This document shows positions 32,071 through 41,868 of a stretch of DNA of 64,000 nt, in pieces (positions within the stretch are counted from its first letter, which is position 1; the number at the start of each line of letters is the position of its first letter). A program made the position numbers and the translations under genes. Source of the stretch: Candidatus Cloacimonadales bacterium (lineage in GTDB: Bacteria; Cloacimonadota; Cloacimonadia; Cloacimonadales; JAIOQZ01); the NCBI GenBank assembly GCA_963665815.1, contig OY762463.1:2624001-2688000 (forward strand), written 5' to 3'. The notes below the pieces were generated by a model. The model searched no databases, was not told the origin of the DNA, and saw nothing but the letters and a program-made list of their open reading frames with translations.

Positions 32071-33111
32071 ATGAAATATGAATTTCTTACTGAGAGTGCT
32101 ATTAATCTTCTCGATACTATATTTGACGGTGTTTATATAGTTGATAATGATAGAAGAATTCTTTTCTGGAATAAAGCTGCTGAAAAGCTGACAGGTTTTA
32201 CAAAAGATGATGTAATCGGAAAGCACTGTAGAGATGATGTATTAAATCATATTGATGAAAACGGTAACCTTCTCTGTAAGGGTAAATGTCCTATTCTAAA
32301 AGTATTCAAATCCGGTGAATCCAGATCAGAAAAAGTATATCCTCTAAGTAAAACTGGTAGAAGATTTCCAGTTCAGACAAATATTTCTGCAATAGAAGAC
32401 TCAAAGGGAGAGATAGTTGCTGCAATTGAAGTGTTCAGGGATATATCCATTGTTGAGGATCACAGAATTCTACAGGAGAAATTCCAGAATCTCATTAAGA
32501 AATACGTCTCAACTGCCACTCTCCGGGAAGTTGAAACCCTTATCTCAAGTAATATAACGACAAACGTAAAACAGAGGGATCTAAGTATTCTGTATCTTGA
32601 TGTCGTCGGATTTACAACATTTACGGAGAAGAACTCCTCGGAAGATGCTGTACATATGCTAAATGATCTTTTTGGAGTATGTGACGTTATTACCCGTGAA
32701 TCGCTGGGAGATATAGATAAATTCGTTGGGGATGCTCTTATGGCGACATTTGTTGATGCTAACGATGCTGTAAAAGCTGCAGATAAAATTCTGAATCAGG
32801 CATTACCGGAGCTTAATCGACAAAGAAATGAGAATGGTAAAGATGTCATTAATATAAGAGTTGGTATTAACAGTGGAATTGTTCTACAGGGAAATATCGG
32901 TACGAAAGATAGAAGCGATCTGACCGTTATTGGAGATGTGGTTAATACAGCTGCCCGAATCGAACATGCTGCTGAACCGGATAACCTGTTTATATCAGAA
33001 TCAACTGCAGCGAGACTCGAAGAAACAGTTCTTTCTAAGTTTGAGCCGGCTGGTACGATAAAACTGAAAGGGAAATCAGAGATAATCAAGGTTTTCAGAC
33101 TGGTTAAATAA
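32071..33111 (+). CDS. PAS-domain class III adenylate cyclase
   Basis: N-terminal PAS; YLDVVGFT, DKFVGDA, RVGINSG and TVIGDVVNTAARIE; the K/T residues fit ATP specificity. Confidence 0.9.
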   Translation: MKYEFLTESAINLLDTIFDGVYIVDNDRRILFWNKAAEKLTGFTKDDVIGKHCRDDVLNHIDENGNLLCKGKCPILKVFKSGESRSEKVYPLSKTGRRFPVQTNISAIEDSKGEIVAAIEVFRDISIVEDHRILQEKFQNLIKKYVSTATLREVETLISSNITTNVKQRDLSILYLDVVGFTTFTEKNSSEDAVHMLNDLFGVCDVITRESLGDIDKFVGDALMATFVDANDAVKAADKILNQALPELNRQRNENGKDVINIRVGINSGIVLQGNIGTKDRSDLTVIGDVVNTAARIEHAAEPDNLFISESTAARLEETVLSKFEPAGTIKLKGKSEIIKVFRLVK

Positions 33112-33220
33112 TTGTAAACATATAGACGTTTCAAAGAATCTAATCTAATATTCCATGATTATGTTTTAAGTATAATCGAACTACTTCCATCTCTGCTTTT
33201 ATGTGTTCAAATTAATTTAC

Positions 33221-33257
33221 TTGACATAATACTGTCAAGATGACACTTTGCTGTCAA
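33221..33257. promoter_or_regulatory. Tandem TGACA-N6-TGTCA palindromes, candidate MarR operator overlapping the -35 box
   Basis: TTGACA-TAATAC-TGTCAA (33221-33238) and TGACA-CTTTGC-TGTCA (33241-33256). Confidence 0.75.
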
Positions 33258-33291
33258 AAATAAAATCTTTGAAAAAAGTGGAGAATACAGA

Positions 33292-33942
33292 ATGAAATTA
33301 GAGAATCAGAATGAATTAAGAGATGTTTACTTGTTTGTAATTGATACAATGGCAGATTGGGAACCGGCATTTGCTATTGCCCATATTAACAGACCAGCAC
33401 CGGGAATAAAATCTGGGTACAATGTAAAAACTGTTGGGATAGATCTAAAACCGATTCGATCAATGGGAGGTTTAACAATTCAGCCTGACATGTCATTAGA
33501 TGAGTTGAATCCAGAGAAAAGTTCAATGTTGATATTACCCGGATCAGAGCTATGGGCTGATGCTGTTACTGATTCTGCACTCGCAAAAGCACAGGAGTTT
33601 GCTGATGCAGGAGTTCCCGTTGCGGCAATCTGCGGAGCAACTTTCGGTTTAGCAAGAACAGGTCTTTTAGACGAGCGACGACACACAAGCAATGATCCAA
33701 ATTGGCTCGCCGCCAGCGGATATCAAGGGATAACAAATTATGTTCATGAACCTGCCGTTGAAGATGGTGGTATTATTACTGCTTCTGTAACTGCTTCTCT
33801 CGAATTTGCAAAACTTATCCTTGGTAGACTTGGCGTCTTTTCACCCAAAACACTTGAAGCCTGGTTTAACTTATACAAAACAGGAAGACCTGAATACTAT
33901 TTTGAGTTTATGGAGGCATTAAATCATGAAAGAAGGAAATAA
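33292..33942 (+). CDS. DJ-1/PfpI family protein
   Basis: ADWEPAF, SMGGL.I.PD, ILPG, AAICGAT nucleophile and HTSN motifs. Confidence 0.92.
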   Translation: MKLENQNELRDVYLFVIDTMADWEPAFAIAHINRPAPGIKSGYNVKTVGIDLKPIRSMGGLTIQPDMSLDELNPEKSSMLILPGSELWADAVTDSALAKAQEFADAGVPVAAICGATFGLARTGLLDERRHTSNDPNWLAASGYQGITNYVHEPAVEDGGIITASVTASLEFAKLILGRLGVFSPKTLEAWFNLYKTGRPEYYFEFMEALNHERRK

Positions 33943-34396
33943 GTCATCAATTGATTTGGTAAACGGAATAGTACTGAACGTTTTTAAGTTGAACGGATAT
34001 TTTATAAAAGCTGCAGACTCCATCACGAGAGAGAGTGAGTTAACATCTGCACGCTGGCAAGTTCTTGGCATGGTACTGCATGAACAATTTACAGTCGCAG
34101 CGATTTCGAGAAGTATGGGATTAGCACGTCAAAGCGTCCAAAGAATTGCAGATATCCTTGTATCAGAGGGTCTTGCAGAGTATCTGCCTAATCCTGCCCA
34201 TAAACGGGCGAAACTATTGTCTTGCACAGAAAAAGGAATTTACTCTATAAAAAAAATACGCCCAAAAGCTATTTCCTGGGCTGAACAGGTTAATGAGCTG
34301 ATTGGAGAAGATGAACTCAAAGAAGTCGATAAGGTAACAAGTAATCTTCTTTCAAAGCTGATTACCGCTGAAGATGAGCTTATTAAGAAGTTCTGA
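33926..34396 (+). CDS. MarR family transcriptional regulator
   Basis: LTSARWQVLG, ARQSVQRIAD.L and NPAHKRAKL motifs. Confidence 0.92.
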   Translation: MKEGNKSSIDLVNGIVLNVFKLNGYFIKAADSITRESELTSARWQVLGMVLHEQFTVAAISRSMGLARQSVQRIADILVSEGLAEYLPNPAHKRAKLLSCTEKGIYSIKKIRPKAISWAEQVNELIGEDELKEVDKVTSNLLSKLITAEDELIKKF

Positions 34397-34428
34397 TTCA
34401 TTGGATAAAAGAGTAATGTAAAACAGTT

Positions 34429-35175
34429 TTAGTATTTCTCAGTCTGTTGTAATTCTCCGCTCTTTACACAATTACCATGAACTGCAATGTACTTCAATGT
34501 ACTGCATTCGTTTGTGTTAACTCTGAATTTGCCTGACTTCTGAAACCTGTACCTGTTCCGAGAGGTTAATGGTATTATTTTTTCTGACTCATCCAGGATA
34601 AATATATTGGATTCTGGCCAGAGAAATTGGTCGGAATGATTCATAAAGCTCGTGTAATTTTTATCATCTGATACCAGCTTAATATTAAGTTTAAACTCAT
34701 TCTGACAGTTGATTTCCTGATTTATTATTTTCTGTTCCCATTTCTCAATTACTACAGGCAATGATATACCAAAAAACTTCTTGAAGTAATCTTTTATATC
34801 AATAATGTCTTTATTCTCCAATACTGTTCTGATTCTACCTATACTGCCGAATCTGAATGGGAAGTACTTTGATTTTACTGAATTGATAATCTTATCAGCT
34901 TTTTTCCCATTATCATGTCTGATATGTGCAAACACAATTCTCAGCGTAATAAAGACAATATATTGCTCAGACAGGTTTTCCTTCTTCAGGAACTCTTTAT
35001 ATTTTCCAATCTGAAACTCAGACATTATAGAAAATCTGTCAGTTAATGGAAATCCAAATTCCTGATGTACTGACTCCCAAATATCCTTATTTTCTTTCAG
35101 TAGATTATCAATAATATCATAGTTTTTGTTGATATCAATTGCTAAGGATTTGATTTTTTCAAGTGGATTACTCAC
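34429..35175 (-). CDS. Hypothetical protein
   Basis: 248-aa ORF with a GTG start after a GGAGG RBS; no recognisable motif. Confidence 0.65.
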   Translation of the reverse strand: MSNPLEKIKSLAIDINKNYDIIDNLLKENKDIWESVHQEFGFPLTDRFSIMSEFQIGKYKEFLKKENLSEQYIVFITLRIVFAHIRHDNGKKADKIINSVKSKYFPFRFGSIGRIRTVLENKDIIDIKDYFKKFFGISLPVVIEKWEQKIINQEINCQNEFKLNIKLVSDDKNYTSFMNHSDQFLWPESNIFILDESEKIIPLTSRNRYRFQKSGKFRVNTNECSTLKYIAVHGNCVKSGELQQTEKY

Positions 35176-35335
35176 CTGTCCTCCATAAGTATTTTTACAT
35201 AAATGTAATTGAGTTGTAACATAGGAAGTGTCAAGGGAATAATGTACTCACTCCTCCTCTCAATTCTTTCCATTGACTTCTAAACACAATTCTGTATTTT
35301 GTAATGCAAAACAGATTAAATATGGATTTATTATT

Positions 35336-36442
35336 ATGACAGAAGATATTAAACGCCCGGAATGGGTTCCTGAGAACGCCTGTAAAGAATACACCACCTC
35401 CGTTATGAAAGGTGTTAATGATGTTTCGAACAAAACGAATATAGAATCTAAAGTGCGACGCAGAAAGCTCTCACTTGAGGAATACATCGAAGGTGTAAAA
35501 GCTAACGACAGAACTGTTCTTGCCAGAGCAATAACCCTTATAGAAAGCAATTCAATGAAACATATTGCTCAGGGACAGGATCTGCTGAAAGCAATATCAG
35601 GTCATAATAACAAGACTGTCAGAATAGGGATTACCGGTGTGCCCGGAGCAGGTAAAAGCTCGCTGATCGAAGTAATTGGCAATTTTCTGATCGACCAGGG
35701 ATTCAAAGTGGCGGTGCTGGCTGTAGATCCTTCCAGCTCCATCACAAAAGGCTCTGTTCTCGGAGATAAAACAAGAATGGAAACTCTGGCACGAAATGAT
35801 AACTGCTTTATAAGACCATCCCCGTCCGGTGGAACTCTGGGTGGTGTTACCAGAAAAACAAGAGACACAATTCAGCTCTGCGAAGCGGCCGGCTACGATG
35901 TAATTCTGGTGGAAACCGTGGGAGTTGGACAGAACGAGGTTACTGTCAGATCAATGGTAGACTTCTTCCTGTTGATTAAAATTGCAGGTGCAGGTGACGA
36001 ACTGCAGGGAATCAAGAAGGGAGTTATAGAGCTTGCCGATGCTATCGCTGTTAACAAAGCTGACGGTGATAATATTACTGCTGCAAACATTGCGAGAGAA
36101 GAGTTCAAAAGAGCTTTGCACTATTTGACATCTCCAACAGAAAGCTGGACACCTCAGGTGTTGACGTGTTCTGCTGTTGAACAGACAGGAATCCGGGAAA
36201 TCTGGGACATGATAACAGAGTTCATCAGTACAACAGAGAAATCAGGTGTGTTTGAATACAGAAGAGATCAGCAGCGAAAAGAGTCTATTCATGAAACGAT
36301 AAAGGATCACTTACTGCAATTGTTTTACAATGCTCCTGAGATTAAGAAAATTCTGCCGGAACTGGAAGACAAAGTTGTATCAAAAGAGATTCCGGTAACA
36401 AAAGCGGTTCAAATTCTGCACGAGACTTATTTTAACAAATAG
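35336..36442 (+). CDS. meaB: Methylmalonyl-CoA mutase-associated GTPase MeaB/ArgK
   Basis: LARAITLIES, GVPGAGKS, AVDPSS..GS.LGDKTRM, ETVGVGQ and NKAD motifs. Confidence 0.95.
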   Translation: MTEDIKRPEWVPENACKEYTTSVMKGVNDVSNKTNIESKVRRRKLSLEEYIEGVKANDRTVLARAITLIESNSMKHIAQGQDLLKAISGHNNKTVRIGITGVPGAGKSSLIEVIGNFLIDQGFKVAVLAVDPSSSITKGSVLGDKTRMETLARNDNCFIRPSPSGGTLGGVTRKTRDTIQLCEAAGYDVILVETVGVGQNEVTVRSMVDFFLLIKIAGAGDELQGIKKGVIELADAIAVNKADGDNITAANIAREEFKRALHYLTSPTESWTPQVLTCSAVEQTGIREIWDMITEFISTTEKSGVFEYRRDQQRKESIHETIKDHLLQLFYNAPEIKKILPELEDKVVSKEIPVTKAVQILHETYFNK

Positions 36443-36446
36443 AATT

Positions 36447-36812
36447 TTATTTTTTATTCAGGATTTTGTTAACGACGACTGAAAGATTGTCCTCATTAAC
36501 AGGTTTAATAATATAATGTTTTGCTCCGATTTTAATCAGGTCTATAATTTTACTTTTGTCCTGCTCGGAACTGATCATAATAATATTGGCATCCGGGAAT
36601 GACTTCATAAGTTTCTGCAGGGTTTCTTTACCATTCATTAAAGGCATTGCAACATCGAGAGTTATAATATCCGGTTGAGCATTTTCATATTCTATATACC
36701 CATGTAAACCGTCATTTGCTTCACCAACAACCTCATGTCCCATTTTTTCCAGAAGTGTCTTTAATGTTTTCAACATGATTTTGGAATCATCAACGATAAC
36801 GAATTTAGCCAT
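36447..36812 (-). CDS. Single-domain CheY-like response regulator
   Basis: VDDS, DIITLDVAMP.MNG and YIIKP motifs. Confidence 0.92.
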   Translation of the reverse strand: MAKFVIVDDSKIMLKTLKTLLEKMGHEVVGEANDGLHGYIEYENAQPDIITLDVAMPLMNGKETLQKLMKSFPDANIIMISSEQDKSKIIDLIKIGAKHYIIKPVNEDNLSVVVNKILNKK

Positions 36813-37138
36813 TCATCTATCCCCTGGAGATCTTTGTATTTATTTTTAACGATGACTTTTATATAATTTCAGCTTACAACAGTACAAAGATCACCCTTGC
36901 TTTTTTTCCAATAAGATAATAAATTTAAAAAAGAGTCAAAGAAAAAATGTAGAGAATTATATGTGTATCCGTGTTTTAACAAGCATTAATTCATATCAGG
37001 GTGAAATCACTTGAATTTACTCACAGTCTTGTTAACTCGATATCTCCCTGTTGACTCTGCCCAACCAGCCCTTGCGCATAGCTGAAAGCCTCCGCAATGG
37101 TGGCCTTGCAGAAAAAATACACTCTACAAATCACTTTT

Positions 37139-37163
37139 GAGACACAAAATATTGTGTTTCTAC
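37139..37163 (-). repeat. GTAG-type REP-like palindrome
   Basis: The minus strand reads GTAGAAACACAATATTTTGTGTCTC, a GTAG tetranucleotide plus an imperfect hairpin. Confidence 0.55.
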
Positions 37164-37339
37164 AATGCTTTGCAATGATTTACTGATTTGAACCAAAGAA
37201 GAAACAGAAAAGAAATGTAATTTCAAGGCAGGGATTTGTCCGAAGTAGTTACAACGAAGATGTAGTGAACAATAATCATTGTTCCGTATTTTGAATCTCC
37301 AACTCCGGTTAGGGAGCTATAAAATTAAAACTACACCCA

Positions 37340-38452
37340 CTATCTGAAGCTGAAAAACTTGCTGATATGCAGGAAAAGATCCAAAAGAATCAGTTGAGGA
37401 TTTACATGACGTTTCAGTTTTGACTGCTCTGCCTGAAAATAGTTAAGCAATTCGTGAATTCTGGTATCCACATTATCATCATGCTCATAGAACAAGTCGA
37501 AAATCTCAGTTTTATCAATATTGGCAATCTCATCCGGATGGTTCTTATACATGGCAATATCACTGAAGAAAATCGAGAGATGCACAAGAAGATCCTTGAG
37601 GATATTGTTCAAAACGTTTCCACGACTCCGTTTAATCATATCAAGAAGCTCAATTTCATTCTGATTAACAATAATACTGAGGAAGTGGAACATAATCTGA
37701 CGTGCTTCGTCTGTATCTTCTTCCACCAGGTTAATCGCCTGTTCCAGATTTCCGTTTGCAATCTTGGCAATAGTTTTTGCTCTCAATACTGAGACATCAT
37801 GATTCTTAAAGAGAAACTTCTCCACGCTGTCGTTGGAAAGTTTATTAAAAGGTATTTTCTGACATCTCGAGAGTATTGTAGGGAGTAGTGAATGTTCCTG
37901 TGAAGTCGTCAGAATAATAATAGAGTCTCCGGGAGGCTCTTCCAGTGTTTTCAGGAATGCATTAGCCGTGGCAGTATTCATCTTATCAGCGTTTTCTACA
38001 ATATAGACCTTGTATGAGCTCTCGTTAGGAGTCATATTTATCCGGTGCTGCAGCATCCTGATCATATCAATACGGATTTCAGAATTACCTGAAAAAACAA
38101 ATTGTTTATGAGGAGTACGGATTTTGTTTTCGATATACCCCTGATATTCACTGAGGAATTTCTGGTTTTTGATCTCACCATCGAGCGAGATATTTATATT
38201 CGGGGTGGGAAAAATATAAAGAAAATCCGGGTGCGAAAAATTAAGGAACTTTCTGCAGGATGAACATACACCGCAGGGACGCGAAGATTGAGTGGTATGG
38301 CAGTTTAGAGCCATACCAAACAATAACGCAGTTTTAAATTTTCCAACACCTTCAGGACCGTAGAATAAGTATGAATTGGCAATCTTCCTCGATATAATAG
38401 AGGATTGCAGAATATTTATTGCTCTGTCCTGGTTGATAATCTGTCTGAACAT
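37340..38452 (-). CDS. holB: DNA polymerase III subunit delta'
   Basis: YLFYGPEGVGK, PCGVCSSC, HPD, ANAFLKTLEEPP and LPTILSRCQ motifs. Confidence 0.9.
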   Translation of the reverse strand: MFRQIINQDRAINILQSSIISRKIANSYLFYGPEGVGKFKTALLFGMALNCHTTQSSRPCGVCSSCRKFLNFSHPDFLYIFPTPNINISLDGEIKNQKFLSEYQGYIENKIRTPHKQFVFSGNSEIRIDMIRMLQHRINMTPNESSYKVYIVENADKMNTATANAFLKTLEEPPGDSIIILTTSQEHSLLPTILSRCQKIPFNKLSNDSVEKFLFKNHDVSVLRAKTIAKIANGNLEQAINLVEEDTDEARQIMFHFLSIIVNQNEIELLDMIKRSRGNVLNNILKDLLVHLSIFFSDIAMYKNHPDEIANIDKTEIFDLFYEHDDNVDTRIHELLNYFQAEQSKLKRHVNPQLILLDLFLHISKFFSFR

Positions 38453-38455
38453 TTA

Positions 38456-39061
38456 TTAGATTATTTCCAGTCCCGGAGAACCGAAGTCCTGAGTTTTGAA
38501 TTTTTCTATAACATTGTTGATATAAACGCTTTCGAATTCAGTTGAAACAATATCCATGAAAACGGTATTATAGGTTTCTCCACCAAGAGTTTTTGAGTTT
38601 CTTCTGAAACCTATTTTTTTGAAACCGCACTTTTCAAAGCACTTGATAGCTCTTTCATTGTAGGAGTATACTTCAACCATAATATTTTTGAGATTAAGCA
38701 CATTGAAACTGTGATCAAGCAGAAGTTTCACAGCATCTGCTCCGTAGCCTCGACCCCAGAAGTTCTTATCTCCAATCATAACACCAAGTTCTGCAGTTCC
38801 ATTGACAGAATCAATGTTTGCAATACTACATGATCCTATAAGCTTATCTGTTTCCTGATCAATAATAGAAAAGGCAGGCTCGTAGGTCATAGACTTCTTT
38901 TCCAGAACATCGAATTCTTTTTCAACACTATATACGACTTCTGCCATATTCATATACTGCATTACTTCGAAGTCATTAAGCCATAAAGAATACTTTTCAG
39001 CATCTTTTGCACTGAGAGGTGATAAAAACACTTTTTCACCAATTAACCTTCTGTAGCTCAT
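38456..39061 (-). CDS. RimJ/RimL-type GNAT N-acetyltransferase
   Basis: AELGVMIGDKNFWGRGYG and NERAIKCFEKCGF motifs. Confidence 0.92.
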   Translation of the reverse strand: MSYRRLIGEKVFLSPLSAKDAEKYSLWLNDFEVMQYMNMAEVVYSVEKEFDVLEKKSMTYEPAFSIIDQETDKLIGSCSIANIDSVNGTAELGVMIGDKNFWGRGYGADAVKLLLDHSFNVLNLKNIMVEVYSYNERAIKCFEKCGFKKIGFRRNSKTLGGETYNTVFMDIVSTEFESVYINNVIEKFKTQDFGSPGLEII

Positions 39062-39082
39062 AATATCTCCTTTAAGCGTTTA

Positions 39083-40516
39083 TTACATATTTAAAGCGTT
39101 ACTAAATCTCTTTTTACATTCTTCAATACCCAGAATCTCGATAATAAGAGGAATATCAGGACCGTGTTCTTCTCCAATCAAAGCTGCTCGAACCGGCATG
39201 AAGAAATGTTTACCCTTGATCTTAAGATCTTTTGAAGCTCTTTTCAGCATGGATTTTGCTTCAGGTGCATCAATGGTTTCAAGTGCTTCCAGCTTTGTGA
39301 TCATATAAGAACATATTGTTTTTGTGTCTTCGTTTTTCATCAGCTCTGCTGCGGATTCCGTGAATACAGGGTCGCTATAGAACTTCTGGGCAAACTCAGG
39401 AGCTTCCTTAAGAGTATTGATATACTCTCTTGTACAAGATACTACATGTTCGAACTTAGTTGAATCGGAAATATCTACTCCAGCTTCTTTGAAGAAAGGT
39501 TTTGCCAGATCAACAATATGAGAAAGATCAAGCTTTCTGATATACAGTCCGTTCATCCAGTCCAGCTTGGTTTTATCGAAGACTGCACCGGCTTTATTAA
39601 CTCTCTCAAATGAGAATTCTTCAATCATTTTGTCGAGATCGAAAATTTCATCGTCAGTTTGCGGATGCCAACCAAGCAGGGCAACAAAGTTAACCAGAGC
39701 TTCTTTCAAGTAACCCTGCTGAACGAAAGCTTCTACAGAAAAATCACCGTGTCTTTTACTTAATTTGGACTTGTCTGTGTTCAGAATTAACGGCAGGTGA
39801 ACCCACTCAGGCTGATCCCAGCCAAGTGATTCATAAATGAATATATGTTTTGGTGTACTTGGAAGCCATTCTTCACCTCTGAGAACGTGAGATATTTCCA
39901 TTAAATGGTCGTCTACTATTGCTGCCAGGTGGTAAGTAGGGAATCCGTCGGATTTAATAATTACCTGATCATCAACCTGTGATGAATCAATCTGTACTTC
40001 TCCGCGAATTACATCATTGAATGTGAAAAGATCATCCTTAGGCATGTTAAGACGGATAACATATTCTTCACCGTTGGCAATTTTCTGCTGTACTTCTTCT
40101 TTAGTCAGCTTTTTACAAAAACCGTCGTACTGAATCGGGAGCTTTTTAGCAGCCTGTTCTTCACGGATCTGATCAAGTCTTTCCTTTGAGCAGAAGCAAT
40201 AATATGCTTTTCCTGATTCAACAAGCTGGTCTGCATATTTTCTGTATAATTCCAGTCTTTCTGACTGAATGTAAGGTCCATAGCCATTGTCTTTTTCAGG
40301 ACCTTCATTAAAATCGATTCCCATTGACTGAAGAGAGCTGATAAGGTTTTCTATAGCACCTTCAACGAATCTGTTTCTGTCAGTATCTTCAATCCTGAGA
40401 ATAAAATCACCTTTATGTTTTTTAGCATATACATAATCATACAGTGCTGTTCGGAGTCCGCCAAGATGAAGCAGACCGGTTGGGCTTGGAGCAAATCTTA
40501 CTCTTACTTTTTTCAT
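39083..40516 (-). CDS. gltX: Glutamate--tRNA ligase
   Basis: RFAPSPTG.LHLGG, LRIEDTD, GFPTYH, RGEEW and KLSKRHG motifs; GAGGTG RBS. Confidence 0.97.
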   Translation of the reverse strand: MKKVRVRFAPSPTGLLHLGGLRTALYDYVYAKKHKGDFILRIEDTDRNRFVEGAIENLISSLQSMGIDFNEGPEKDNGYGPYIQSERLELYRKYADQLVESGKAYYCFCSKERLDQIREEQAAKKLPIQYDGFCKKLTKEEVQQKIANGEEYVIRLNMPKDDLFTFNDVIRGEVQIDSSQVDDQVIIKSDGFPTYHLAAIVDDHLMEISHVLRGEEWLPSTPKHIFIYESLGWDQPEWVHLPLILNTDKSKLSKRHGDFSVEAFVQQGYLKEALVNFVALLGWHPQTDDEIFDLDKMIEEFSFERVNKAGAVFDKTKLDWMNGLYIRKLDLSHIVDLAKPFFKEAGVDISDSTKFEHVVSCTREYINTLKEAPEFAQKFYSDPVFTESAAELMKNEDTKTICSYMITKLEALETIDAPEAKSMLKRASKDLKIKGKHFFMPVRAALIGEEHGPDIPLIIEILGIEECKKRFSNALNM

Positions 40517-40540
40517 TCTGCACCTCAATTAGTTATTTTC

Positions 40541-40579
40541 TGTCATTTATTGTATGATTTTGTAATTGTCAATTACAAT
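40541..40579 (-). repeat. Direct repeat copy 1, containing the predicted gltX sigma-70 promoter
   Basis: TGTCATTTATTGTATGATTTTGTAATTGTCAATTACAAT, 35/39 identical to 41769-41807; contains TTGACA on the minus strand. Confidence 0.8.
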
Positions 40580-40716
40580 CTTTTAATGGTGGGGGTATGC
40601 AATAGGTGAGTTTAAGTAATTTGTTTGGATCTAAAGGCTATGAAATATAAGTCTTCTCATATAAAATTGTTATTTAGAGTTTTTCCATCATAGAAAAAAA
40701 ATATCATTTTCTGATA

Positions 40717-41724
40717 CTATTTATTCTTCAATTTTCCCTCAATTTTCTTTAACTCCAGCTCATCTAACTGATCATCCCTAATAGCTTCCTGCTTTTTTCT
40801 TCTGCAATCAAATAGCTCATATATCTCTCTAACCTTCTCTTTCATTTCGTCATTACTAATACTGCCATGTGTTTGCAAGAGAGGCTTATCGTTAAAATCA
40901 ATAATTCTATCTACGTTTTCTTTCCAGAAGCTGAGTTTTATCTCTTTTCTGTTTTTTGCCCGTAGTTCAGCTGTTTCGAGGAAAATTATAACAAGTCTGT
41001 TTAATGTATCAATTTCATCTTCGTTTAGATAGTTCTTTGCAATAAAAATATCTTGTTTACGCACAATTGAACCTTTCCATGAAGTCAATGCCATGTTCGG
41101 TTTGTCGCAGTCAGCTCTGGACATTATCAATTCAGCAGCAGTTTTTCCTGTAACTGCATACAATAATTTGTTTTGAGTTTCAGCAAAAAACATTTGTGTC
41201 GCTTTATCTGTTGAGTCATAGTCACTGCTCAGGCTGAACAAATCACGGATTTTCTGGTAGAATCTTTTCTCAGAAGCTCTTATATCCCTGATTCTTTCTA
41301 ATAGTTCATCAAAATAATCTGGTCTTCCATCGGGATTCTTCAATCTTTCATCATCCATAACAAAGCCTTTTATCATGAATTCCTTAAGATTTTGATTTGC
41401 CCAGATGCGGAATTGCGTTCCTCTTTTGCTTCTAACCCTGAAACCAATAGCAAGAATCATATCGAGAGAATAGAATGTGACATTATATTTTTTTCCATCT
41501 GAGGCAGTTGTTAAGTAATCCTTAACAACTGAAATACTTCCTAATTCATCTTCTTTCAGTATGTTAGATATATGCATGCTGATATTGGGCTTTGAGGTGG
41601 CAAAAAGTTCTGCTATCTGATTCTGGTTCATCCAGACGTTGCCGTCCCGAGCTAATAAAGTGACGGAGTTTCTACCATCTTCGGTTTTATAGATAATTAT
41701 CTCGGAGTTATTTATCTCATTCAT
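40717..41724 (-). CDS. RhuM family (virulence-associated/DNA-binding) protein
   Basis: VWMNQNQIAELF, YSLDMILAIGFRVRS.RGTQFR.WA, KGF.MDDERLK, DYFDELLERIRDIRASE.RFYQK and AKNYL motifs. Confidence 0.92.
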   Translation of the reverse strand: MNEINNSEIIIYKTEDGRNSVTLLARDGNVWMNQNQIAELFATSKPNISMHISNILKEDELGSISVVKDYLTTASDGKKYNVTFYSLDMILAIGFRVRSKRGTQFRIWANQNLKEFMIKGFVMDDERLKNPDGRPDYFDELLERIRDIRASEKRFYQKIRDLFSLSSDYDSTDKATQMFFAETQNKLLYAVTGKTAAELIMSRADCDKPNMALTSWKGSIVRKQDIFIAKNYLNEDEIDTLNRLVIIFLETAELRAKNRKEIKLSFWKENVDRIIDFNDKPLLQTHGSISNDEMKEKVREIYELFDCRRKKQEAIRDDQLDELELKKIEGKLKNK

Positions 41725-41768
41725 TACTGTCCTCAGCATATTGTATTCATTGACTTCAAGTACTCTTT

Positions 41769-41807
41769 TGTCATTTGCTTTATGATTTTGAAATTGTCAA
41801 TTACAAT
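41769..41807 (-). repeat. Direct repeat copy 2 (promoter upstream of rhuM)
   Basis: TGTCATTTGCTTTATGATTTTGAAATTGTCAATTACAAT, 35/39 identical to 40541-40579. Confidence 0.8.
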
Positions 41808-41868
41808 ATTCTAGTAGTAAGGATTCAGGAGTTACAACTCACTATTTTTTGTCTGATCAAAATATTTA

